From contig CBDCXM010000009.1 in NCBI GenBank assembly GCA_965223855.1, forward strand, positions 768,001 to 832,000: DNA of 64,000 nt. The letters are read 5' to 3'. Source of the DNA: Candidatus Multivoradales bacterium. GTDB lineage: Bacteria > Acidobacteriota > Thermoanaerobaculia > Multivoradales > JAHEKO01. The notes beneath the pieces are model-generated. The model saw only the letters and a list, made by a program, of their open reading frames with translations, ran no database searches and was not told the DNA's origin. The position numbers were made by a program, and so were the translations under genes. Below are positions 50,760 to 59,072 of this stretch, in pieces; position 1 is the stretch's first letter; every line of letters begins with the position of its first letter.

Positions 50760-52946
50760 TCAGATCAGTACGTGAGCCTCGTGGAGGTCGCTCTCGCTGC
50801 ACGGGGTCCTCCGCCAGCCGACCGCGACCGGCACCTCGAACAGCCGGCCGGGAGCGAAGCGCGGCCAGTAGTGGCGCAGCCCCGGCGCGACGACTCGCAC
50901 GACGTCGAGCTCGAACTCGGGACGGCTCTGGTCGAGGACGAATGTTTCGATGCCGGCTGCGAGCAGGCGCTCGACGCACAGCTCGATCGCTGAGGCGATG
51001 TCGTCGGCAAGCGGCGGCCCGAACTCGCCTCGGTCTCGCACGCCGGTCGGCTCGTCGAGGAACGGGCACTCGAGCGCGAGCGGTCGGCTCACCAGCCGAC
51101 GCCCGCTGCCGGCGAGCAGGCCGGGGAGGAACTGGTTGATCTCGCTGAGGGCGCGGGCCAGGGCGATGGCCGGATCGACGTGGGCACCGAAGCCGAGCAG
51201 CGGCTGCCCTTCCTTTGCCGTCGCGTCGCGGGCGACGGCGGCGAACGTCGGAATGCCGAGGTCGTGGGTGATGTCGTAGACGGCGAGTCGCCGCCCCAGT
51301 GAGCGGTAGTGCTCGCTCATGCGGCGCATCTCGGCACCGTCGAGGGCGATCCGCGGCCGCGGAATGCGGTTGTACCACCAGACGGCGACGGCGTCGCGCT
51401 CGATCAGCTCCAGCAGCCCCTGGAGGACCGCTTCTTCGAAGCTGTTGCCCGCCGCCGTGCCGTTCGAGTCCGCCGGGCAGTCGTCCGCTTCGGGATGGCC
51501 GTAGAAACACCGTGCCGTCGGCAGGTAGCGCGGAGGACCGCCGCCGAGCGGTCTCAGCTCGGTCCAGTCGCGCTCCCGCCCGTCGTCGAACGTCTCGGGG
51601 ACGCGCTCGTAGGGGTGACGCGTTCGGCTGTTCCAGCGGTCCCGATCGGCCAGCTGCCGGGCGCTGAACTGGAGCACGTCGCCGGCCGGCACGGCGTCGT
51701 CGCCGAGCTCCCGTGCGGTCGCGCGCAAGGTGGCGTCGCCGCCTCTGTAGACACCGCTGTAGCGCTCGATCGCCTCGCCCAGCGCGCTCACCCGCGCCTG
51801 AGCGTCGGAAAACCCCTTGCCGGCGCTCTGCCGGCGCCAGCCACGATGGACTCCCTCGGAGCGTCCCACCAGCGGCGGGAAGAGATGCTCGGCGACGTAG
51901 ACGACGGATCCACCGGCGTCCTGCCGCTCGAGGCGCGAGACGACTCCGGTCAGCGGGCTGAGGTGACGCTCGAGCCGCGCGCAGGTCTCCTGCGGATCCA
52001 CGCTTCGGTAACCGCCGTCCGTCCAACCGCCGCCGGTCGCTGCAGCGGTAGCAGCGTGAGTCCGGATCCCACCCGATTCCTCCGTCCCGGTTGCTCGTTC
52101 GCGAGAGCAGGTCGGGCAGTCGGAGGCAGGGACGACCACGTGCCGCCGAACCTCTCCGGTGACATGGGAAAGGGTGTGGAGAGTGTTCGTCAGGACGGGC
52201 TCATCGGCCGTGCCCGTCAGCCAGCGAGCCGCCCGCTCGGCGACCCAGGTGTGAGCGGCCCGCAGATGCGACCGCGCGGTGGTGGAGAGCGGCGCCGCAG
52301 CTTCGATCACATGGGCCCGTGGCGCTTCGAGCTGGAGCCATGGGCGGTTGCGGCGCAGCCGCCGCGCCAGGCAGGGCCAGCAGCCGGGTGTCCGCGGGCC
52401 GAAGGACGGCCCGACCCAGCACTCCGTTCCCACCGGTCGGGCGAGGAGCCACGAGACGTTCCCTCTCACGGCCTCTTCGTGCCAGCCCTCGATTTCGGGA
52501 TGGAGGTAGTCCTCGGTGAGGACGAGCACCCGCTGCGCATCCGTAGCGACTCTCACGCCGTGCTCTTCGAGCGTCCCGATCTGCAGGGACTCCTCGACCT
52601 CGCCGAAGGTCACGAGTCGGACGGTGCGCGCGACACCCTGATCGACCGGGGCGAGCCTGATCTCGGCGGACGGTGCCGGCGGGTCGTCCAGAGGCGCCGA
52701 CGCCAGAACCCCCGCCGCTTGCAGCATGTCCAGGCCGAAGTCGACGTCGATGGCGGTGGCATGCCCTTCGACCGCCGCGACGACGTCCTCGCGGCTCATC
52801 GTGCCGTCGAGCAGCGGTACGAGCTTCGGCAGCAGGCGACCGGGAAGCGCCGTGTGGCGCCAGTCATCGATCACGAGCACGAGATCGGGCTCGATCACCT
52901 CGACGCGCAGACGGCGTTTGAATCGCGGGTTCCGGGAGATGGGCAG
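50760..52946 (-). CDS. Fused RRE/E1-like (ocin-ThiF)-YcaO cyclodehydratase (TruD/PatD-like); start uncertain
   Basis: PRFK..VEVIEP N-terminus, VLTEDYL, WLLARP.G...WVGP, GCWPCL, SPLTGVV, SAGKG, GEAIERYS, SNGTAAG, ELIERDA, PGLRHYWPRFAPGRL. Confidence 0.92.
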   Translation of the reverse strand: MPISRNPRFKRRLRVEVIEPDLVLVIDDWRHTALPGRLLPKLVPLLDGTMSREDVVAAVEGHATAIDVDFGLDMLQAAGVLASAPLDDPPAPSAEIRLAPVDQGVARTVRLVTFGEVEESLQIGTLEEHGVRVATDAQRVLVLTEDYLHPEIEGWHEEAVRGNVSWLLARPVGTECWVGPSFGPRTPGCWPCLARRLRRNRPWLQLEAPRAHVIEAAAPLSTTARSHLRAAHTWVAERAARWLTGTADEPVLTNTLHTLSHVTGEVRRHVVVPASDCPTCSRERATGTEESGGIRTHAATAAATGGGWTDGGYRSVDPQETCARLERHLSPLTGVVSRLERQDAGGSVVYVAEHLFPPLVGRSEGVHRGWRRQSAGKGFSDAQARVSALGEAIERYSGVYRGGDATLRATARELGDDAVPAGDVLQFSARQLADRDRWNSRTRHPYERVPETFDDGRERDWTELRPLGGGPPRYLPTARCFYGHPEADDCPADSNGTAAGNSFEEAVLQGLLELIERDAVAVWWYNRIPRPRIALDGAEMRRMSEHYRSLGRRLAVYDITHDLGIPTFAAVARDATAKEGQPLLGFGAHVDPAIALARALSEINQFLPGLLAGSGRRLVSRPLALECPFLDEPTGVRDRGEFGPPLADDIASAIELCVERLLAAGIETFVLDQSRPEFELDVVRVVAPGLRHYWPRFAPGRLFEVPVAVGWRRTPCSESDLHEAHVLI

Positions 52947-53075
52947 GAGGCTATCAACGCGAGTCGGAAGCCCTCCGAAGCGACGACGCGACGAAGCATT
53001 GCTACGATCGCACCTATCGAAGCGACGGACAGACCTCGACCGGGTCGCGGCGGCGACGGCAGGGGCACCGCAGAG

Positions 53076-54947
53076 GTGGTGCTGGTGGGGATGCCGTTCG
53101 CGCCGCTGCGCGACCCGTCGATCGCGCTCAGTCTGCTGAAGGCTTCGGTGCCCGACGTCACCGCGCGGGTGCTCTATCTCAATCTCGCGTTCGCCGAGCG
53201 CTACGGCGTCGAGCTCTACCAGCTCGTGGCCAACGGCCTGCCGGGACCGTGCCTGCCCGGCGAGTGGCTCTTCTCTCGCGCCCTCCACGACGAAGCGCCC
53301 CACTCGATCGAGGCCTACATGGACGACATTCTCGATCCGGCGGCGGGCGATCGCCTGACCGTCGACAGCCGTCGCGACTTTCTCGCCGCCGCGGCTTCGA
53401 TCGACGACTTCGTGACCGACTGTGTGGCGACGATCGAGGCGCTCGAGCCGCGCATCGTCGGCTTCAGCAGCGTCTTCCAGCAGCACGCACCCGCCCTGGC
53501 CCTGGCCCGCGCGCTCGCGCGCCGCAACCCCGATCTCTTCATCCTCTTCGGCGGTGCCAACGTCGAGGGAGTGATGGGGCTCGAGACGATCAGGAGCTTC
53601 CGGTTCGTCGACGCTTCGGTGTCGGGAGAGGCCGATCTCGTCTTCCCACGCATCGTCGAGCGCGTCCTCGCCGGAGAACCGGTAGACGATCTCGACGGAG
53701 TGATCACGTCGGCGAACCTCGAACTGCGAGCGGCCGACGAGCGGCTGACGGCGCCGCGCACCGCGGCGATGGACGACCTCCCCTACCCCGACTACGACGA
53801 CTTCTTCGATCAGTGGTACGGCTCGTCGCTGGCCGCCGCGATGACGGCGCGGCTCGTCTACGAGACCTCGCGTGGCTGCTGGTGGGGCGAGAAGCAGCAC
53901 TGCACCTTCTGCGGCATCAACGGCGCCTCGATGGCGTTTCGCAGCAAGAGCTCCGAGCGCGCGATGGAGGAGCTGCTCCACCTCATCGACACCTACCCGG
54001 GCCACCCCCTGATGGTCGTCGACACGATCCTCAACATGAGGTTCTTCGACGACTTCCTGCCGCGCCTCGCCGAGACCGGGCTCGACCTCAAGCTCTTCTA
54101 CGAGACCAAGGCGAACCTGCGCAAGGACCAGATCGAGCTGCTGCAGGCGGCGGGCGTGACCGAGATCCAGCCGGGGATCGAGAGTCTGAGCGACCCGGTG
54201 CTCGCCGAGATGCGCAAGGGCGTGTCGGCGCTCCAGAACGTGCAACTGCTCAAGTGGTGCGCCACGATCGGCGTCTGGCCGTCGTGGTACTTCCTCTGGG
54301 GCTTCCCCAACGAGGATCCGGACGAGTACCGCAAGATGGCGGCGCTGATCCCGCACCTGAGCCACCTGCCGCCACCGATGGTCGGCACGCCGATCCACCT
54401 GGTGCGGTGGAGCCCGAATCTCGAGCGCTCGGAAGAGATGGGCTTCGTCGATGTGCGCCCCGCGCCCGCCTACCGGCACGTCTACGGTCTCGACGAGGCG
54501 GCGCTCGAGAATCTCGCCTACTACTTCGCGTTCCGCTACGGCGACGGGCGCGACATCACCGGGTACACGGCACCGCTGGTGGCGGCGATCGAGCGCTGGC
54601 GCGAGGTCTACGAGGAGAGCGAGCTGTTCTCCGTCGAGCGCGAAGACGAGCTGTGGGTCTGGGACCTGCGGCCGGGTGCCATCCAGCCGCTGACGGCGCT
54701 CGAGGGGGCCGAGCGGCGGCTTTACCTCGACTGCGACCAGATCCGCACCCTCGCCTGGCTCGGCGAGCATTCGCTGGCGCTCCCGGATCGAGCGGCAACC
54801 CGGGAAGAAGTGCTGGCGGTGGTCGAACCACTCGTCGTGCGTGGCTTTGCGGTGCGCGACGGGGAGCGGGTGCTGGCGCTGGCGCTGCCGCGCGGAGAAT
54901 CCGTGCCGCAGCGGGCCAGGGCGAAAGCCGCCACGTCAAGCGGCTGA
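53076..54947 (+). CDS. B12-binding radical SAM RiPP maturation C-methyltransferase (PoyB/PoyC-like); start uncertain
   Basis: LVGMPFA...PSIALSLLK, GEWLF, FSSVFQQ, GGANVEG, ETSRGCWWGEKQHCTFC (Cx7Cx2C), QPGIES, GFPNE. Confidence 0.9.
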   Translation: MVLVGMPFAPLRDPSIALSLLKASVPDVTARVLYLNLAFAERYGVELYQLVANGLPGPCLPGEWLFSRALHDEAPHSIEAYMDDILDPAAGDRLTVDSRRDFLAAAASIDDFVTDCVATIEALEPRIVGFSSVFQQHAPALALARALARRNPDLFILFGGANVEGVMGLETIRSFRFVDASVSGEADLVFPRIVERVLAGEPVDDLDGVITSANLELRAADERLTAPRTAAMDDLPYPDYDDFFDQWYGSSLAAAMTARLVYETSRGCWWGEKQHCTFCGINGASMAFRSKSSERAMEELLHLIDTYPGHPLMVVDTILNMRFFDDFLPRLAETGLDLKLFYETKANLRKDQIELLQAAGVTEIQPGIESLSDPVLAEMRKGVSALQNVQLLKWCATIGVWPSWYFLWGFPNEDPDEYRKMAALIPHLSHLPPPMVGTPIHLVRWSPNLERSEEMGFVDVRPAPAYRHVYGLDEAALENLAYYFAFRYGDGRDITGYTAPLVAAIERWREVYEESELFSVEREDELWVWDLRPGAIQPLTALEGAERRLYLDCDQIRTLAWLGEHSLALPDRAATREEVLAVVEPLVVRGFAVRDGERVLALALPRGESVPQRARAKAATSSG

Positions 54948-55062
54948 CGCTGGACACGGCGAACGGGACGCCTGCAACCGGAGAGCAGGTGGCGGCGACT
55001 CGCTCGTCGGAAGCCAGCGCCGGTTCCCGCGCGCGAGCACGCAGGCGTTCCCCCGCCCACCT

Positions 55063-55087
55063 CATCCGGTGGCACGAGGACTCCGTA
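55063..55087 (+). promoter_or_regulatory. SigK-type ECF promoter upstream of the DUF4331 gene
   Basis: CATCC-N16-CGTA, ~95 bp before the ATG; a SigK/RskA-like pair lies 2.5 kb downstream. Confidence 0.55.
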
Positions 55088-55181
55088 GGGCTGATGAAAC
55101 GGCAGCCGCAGATCGTGCGGCGGCAGTCGAATCACCGCGCGAACTATCGCCCCACCCAACGCCCTACAGGAGAGTTACCGC

Positions 55182-56624
55182 ATGAGAGCCCACTCGAAAC
55201 GCAAAACCCGGGTCGCCCTGGGCGCCCTCGCACTCCTCGCCGCGCTGCCGCTGGCAGCGTCGAGCCACCGCGAAGCGCCGGGAATCATCGCCCACCCGCA
55301 GGTCGACGGCACCGACTTCTACATGTTCCGCAGCTACGAGGCCGGCCGCGACGGCTTCGTCACCCTGATCGCCAACTACCTGCCGCTGCAGGATCCGTAC
55401 GGCGGGCCGAACTACTTCCCGCTCGACCCGGACGCCCGGTACCGGATCAACATCGACAACAGCGGCGACGGTCGGCCGAACGTGATCTTCGAGTTCCTGC
55501 CCGACCAGCAGCTCAGGGATATCCGCCTCGACGTCGGCGACAAGAGCGTGTCGATCCCGCTCAAGAACGCCGGACCGATCGTCGCCGGTGACGAGGGGGC
55601 GCTCAACGTCACCGAGTCGTACCGCGTGCGGGTGATTCGCCCCGGCGGTGCCTCGGGCGGATTGACCCAGCTCGACAACGGCAGCGAGCACTTCCGCAAG
55701 CCGATGGACAACATCGGCCGGAAGTCGTTCCCCGACTACGCCTCCTACGCCAACTCGTTCCTCTACGACGCGGCGATCCCCGGTTGCGGCAACGGCCGGG
55801 TGTTCGTCGGCCAGCGCAAGGACTCGTTCGCCGTCAACCTCGGTGAGGTGTTCGACCTCGTCAACATCCGCAACCCGGTCGGCGGCAGCAACCGCGAGAC
55901 CGACGATCTGGCGGACAAGAACGTCACCTCCTTCATTCTCGAGGTGCCGATCGACTGTCTGACTCAGGGCTCCACCGACGTCATCGGCGGCTGGACGACC
56001 GCGAGTCTGCGACGCACCCGCCGGGCGCTCAACAACCCGACCTTCAACCGGCCCGAGGCCGCCGCCGGCGGCTTCGTGCAGGTTTCGCGTCTCGGCATGC
56101 CGCTGGTCAACGAGGTAGTGATCGGCCTTCGGGACAAGAACGCCTTCAACGCCAGCGAGCCGAAGCGCGATGCCCAGTTCGCCGACTACGTCACCAATCC
56201 GACGCTGCCCGAGCTGCTGGAGATCCTGTTCGGCGTCGAGGCGCCGAACAACTTCCCACGCGCCGATCTGCTGGCGACCTTCATCACCGGCGTGACCGGG
56301 CTCAACGAGTTCGGCTTCGGCGAGATGCAGCGGCTCAACGTCACCATCCCGCCGACCCCGAAGGGGGCGCAGGAGCGGCTCGGCGTGATCGCCGGCGACA
56401 ATGCCGGCTTCCCCAACGGTCGCCGTCCGGGTGACGACGTGGTCGACATCGAGCTGCGGGTGGCGATGGGCCTGCTGTGTCACGCCTTCCCGGGGGTTTA
56501 CTGCAGCCCCGAGGATGCGCCGGCCGGCACCCTGCCGTTCACCGACGGTGCGCGCCAGTCCGCCAGCCAGTTTGGCGACTCGTTCCCCTATCTCCGCACG
56601 CCCATCGGCGGTTCGCCGAACTGA
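55182..56624 (+). CDS. DUF4331 family secreted protein
   Basis: Signal peptide, ASSHREAP, DGTDFYMF, GGPNYF, QVSRLGMPLVNE, GFPNGRRPGDDVVD. Confidence 0.9.
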   Translation: MRAHSKRKTRVALGALALLAALPLAASSHREAPGIIAHPQVDGTDFYMFRSYEAGRDGFVTLIANYLPLQDPYGGPNYFPLDPDARYRINIDNSGDGRPNVIFEFLPDQQLRDIRLDVGDKSVSIPLKNAGPIVAGDEGALNVTESYRVRVIRPGGASGGLTQLDNGSEHFRKPMDNIGRKSFPDYASYANSFLYDAAIPGCGNGRVFVGQRKDSFAVNLGEVFDLVNIRNPVGGSNRETDDLADKNVTSFILEVPIDCLTQGSTDVIGGWTTASLRRTRRALNNPTFNRPEAAAGGFVQVSRLGMPLVNEVVIGLRDKNAFNASEPKRDAQFADYVTNPTLPELLEILFGVEAPNNFPRADLLATFITGVTGLNEFGFGEMQRLNVTIPPTPKGAQERLGVIAGDNAGFPNGRRPGDDVVDIELRVAMGLLCHAFPGVYCSPEDAPAGTLPFTDGARQSASQFGDSFPYLRTPIGGSPN

Positions 56625-56639
56625 GGCGTCTCTCCTCCT

Positions 56640-56732
56640 CGGTGCCGGGCCGGAGGCCCGGTCTTCGAACGCCAGGGCCGGAGGCCCGGTATTCGAACGA
56701 CAGACCCGGTAGAAGGGGCCGGCCCGGCACCG
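56640..56732. repeat. Structured intergenic element: 14-bp terminal inverted repeats with two 25-bp direct repeats
   Basis: IR cggtgccgggccgg/ccggcccggcaccg; DR gggccggaggcccggt(c/a)ttcgaacg at 56647-56671 (overlapping the left IR) and 56675-56699. Confidence 0.7.
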
Positions 56733-56770
56733 ATCCTCTCTCTTGACGGTTACCTTGCGGAGGCTGCGCC

Positions 56771-57586
56771 ATGTTCATGCTTCGTCTCTCCCTGGTCCTT
56801 TTCGCCCTCGGGTTGATGGTCGGCCAGGCGCTCGCGGCTCACGACTTCTGGATCGAGCCGCACACCTTCACGGCAGCTGCCGGCACGACGGTCGCACTGG
56901 AGCTGCGCGTGGGTGAGCACCTCGAGGGTGATCGCCTGCCGGCCCCGCGGCCCGAGAGCGGTCGCTTCCTCCCGGGGCCCGGAATCGAGCTGCGATCGAT
57001 CCCCGGTGCGCGCCCGGCGGCAGTCGCCGGCGTCGTCGAGAGCGGAGCCAGGGCGATCGGCTACACGAGCGAGGACCGGACGATCGAACTGCCGGCCGAA
57101 GAGTTCGAGAGCTACCTTCGAGAGGAGGGACTCGAGCACGCGCTCGAAGAGCGCCGCCGGCGTGGGGAGGAGCAACGTCCGGGCCGCGAGAAGTTCTCCC
57201 GTTCGGTCAAGACGGTCCTTTCGGTCGGCGGCGCCGCGGCTCACGAGGCGCCCCTGCTGGGCCTGCCGTTCGAACTGCAATTGGAAGGCGGGCCCGGGGC
57301 CGACGGCTCGACCCTCGTCCGCGCGCTGTTTCGCGACCGACCGCTGGCGGCGATTCGCGTTGTCGCCCTGGCCTACGACGATCCTTCGACGCCGACCGTC
57401 GGTCGCACCGACGAGGAGGGCCGGGTCCAGTTGACGCTCAGCGGTACCGGTCCGTGGCTCGTGAAGGCGGTCCACATCGAGCGTCTCGAGGATCCGGACG
57501 CCGACTGGAAGAGCTGGTGGGCCTCCGTGACCTTTGCCACCACCGACCGGGTGGCGGGTGCGAAACACTCGATTGCGCCTCGCTGA
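56771..57586 (+). CDS. DUF4198 family secreted protein
   Basis: Signal peptide then AHDFWIEP, FESYLREEGL, RTDEEG, WKSWWASVTF. Confidence 0.85.
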   Translation: MFMLRLSLVLFALGLMVGQALAAHDFWIEPHTFTAAAGTTVALELRVGEHLEGDRLPAPRPESGRFLPGPGIELRSIPGARPAAVAGVVESGARAIGYTSEDRTIELPAEEFESYLREEGLEHALEERRRRGEEQRPGREKFSRSVKTVLSVGGAAAHEAPLLGLPFELQLEGGPGADGSTLVRALFRDRPLAAIRVVALAYDDPSTPTVGRTDEEGRVQLTLSGTGPWLVKAVHIERLEDPDADWKSWWASVTFATTDRVAGAKHSIAPR

Positions 57587-57642
57587 GTCGCTGCTAGCAT
57601 CATCGCCTTCCAATGTCGGGAAGTAGCGGTGAGATCCATCGA

Positions 57643-58221
57643 ATGACCACCGAGGTGCGAGAGGACGACCTGATGCTCCGTGTGGCCGGCGGCGACAGCG
57701 TGGCGTTCGCGCAGCTCTTCGATCTTCACGCCTCGAAGGTGCTCGGCTCGCTGGTGGCGCTGCTCCGGCGGCGCGAAGTCGCGGAGGAGGTGCTTCAGGA
57801 GACGTTCCTCCAGGCATGGTCGCAGGCGGAGCGCTACAACCCGGCGCGCGCCACGCCGGCCGGCTGGCTGTTGATGCTGGCGCGCTCCCGGGCCCTCGAT
57901 CGGCTGCGCTCGGCAACGGCACGCGAGCGTCGCGAGGAGAGGACCGCCGAGGCTCCGCAGACGGCGAGATTCGAGCAGCCGGTGGGGACCCGCCAGCTGG
58001 AGACCGAGGAGCGCCGGCGAATGGTCGTCACGGCGCTCGGCGAACTGCCGCCCGATCAGCGAAGATGTCTCGAGATGGCCTTCTACGACGGTCGCTCGCA
58101 GAGCGAGATCGCGACCCGGCTCGACATGCCGCTCGGGACGGTCAAGTCGCGGGTGCGGGCGGCGATGAAGAAGGTTGGAGCCGCCGTCCGACCCTACTTC
58201 GATGCGGGCGAACCGACATGA
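57643..58221 (+). CDS. ECF sigma factor (SigK-like)
   Basis: AEEVLQETFLQAW, WLLMLARSRALD, SQSEIA...PLGTVKSRVR. Confidence 0.92.
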   Translation: MTTEVREDDLMLRVAGGDSVAFAQLFDLHASKVLGSLVALLRRREVAEEVLQETFLQAWSQAERYNPARATPAGWLLMLARSRALDRLRSATARERREERTAEAPQTARFEQPVGTRQLETEERRRMVVTALGELPPDQRRCLEMAFYDGRSQSEIATRLDMPLGTVKSRVRAAMKKVGAAVRPYFDAGEPT

Positions 58222-59036
58222 CACGCCACGACCACGAAACGCTCCTCGCCTCGATCCCGGCCTACGTCCTCGGTGCGCTCGACCGTGCCGATTCCGAGGC
58301 GCTCGAGCAGCATCTCGCCGCCGGCTGTGCCGAGTGCGACGAGGCGATGCTCCAGGCGACCCGCGGTCTGGAGGCGCTCGCCGACACCGTCGAGCCGGTG
58401 GCACCGTCCGACCTGGTGCGCGGGCGGGTGCTGGCGCAGACCGTCTCCGACAGCGAGGCGCATGCGATGGAGACCCAGCCGATCGAGCCGGTACGGCGCA
58501 TCCGCTGGTGGCCGGTGGTGGCCGCCGCCTCGCTGGCGGTCCTCGTTTGGAGCGGTTTCGAGCAACGGGAGTTGCGCCGTCAGGTCGAGGGTCTGGCGCT
58601 CGACCGCGACCACGCCAACGAGTCGCTCCGCCACCTCGAACGCTCGCTGGGCGAGGCGGAACAGCGACTGCGGCGCTACGAGCTCGCCAGCCGCATCGCC
58701 GCTTCGCCGGCGATGCGCACTGTGCGGCTCGCCGGTCTCGAAGCGGCGCCCGAGGCGCAGGCACAGGCATTGATCGAGGGGGGAGAGGCGAAGGCGGTGC
58801 TCTACGTCAGCAACCTCCAGCCGGCGGGTGCCGACCGGACCTATCAGCTGTGGATCATCGTCGGCGGCACGCCGGTGTCGGCCGGACTCTTCGATGTCGA
58901 CGCCGGCGGCGGCGCATCGGTGCTGGTGGAAGACCTCGAGCGCCTCGACGAGATCGAGGCGTGGGCGGTGACGCTCGAGCCGAGCGGCGGAGTGCCGCAG
59001 CCGACCGGGCCGATGGTGCTGATGGGCACCGCCTGA
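58218..59036 (+). CDS. RskA-family anti-sigma factor
   Basis: YVLGAL, H-x4-C-x2-C zinc motif, TM, YQLW, AVTLEP.GG..QPTG; ATGA overlap with the sigma gene. Confidence 0.9.
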   Translation: MTRHDHETLLASIPAYVLGALDRADSEALEQHLAAGCAECDEAMLQATRGLEALADTVEPVAPSDLVRGRVLAQTVSDSEAHAMETQPIEPVRRIRWWPVVAAASLAVLVWSGFEQRELRRQVEGLALDRDHANESLRHLERSLGEAEQRLRRYELASRIAASPAMRTVRLAGLEAAPEAQAQALIEGGEAKAVLYVSNLQPAGADRTYQLWIIVGGTPVSAGLFDVDAGGGASVLVEDLERLDEIEAWAVTLEPSGGVPQPTGPMVLMGTA

Positions 59037-59072
59037 CCGGCCTGAGTCCCCTTCGATCCCTCTTTCAGCTCA

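Noticed and set aside
50760-54947. ORF-track 1336-aa and 1212-aa mutually overlapping proteins
   Set aside because: Each extension is the antisense shadow of the other gene; recognisable domains start near 52.9 kb (YcaO) and 53.0-53.1 kb (rSAM).
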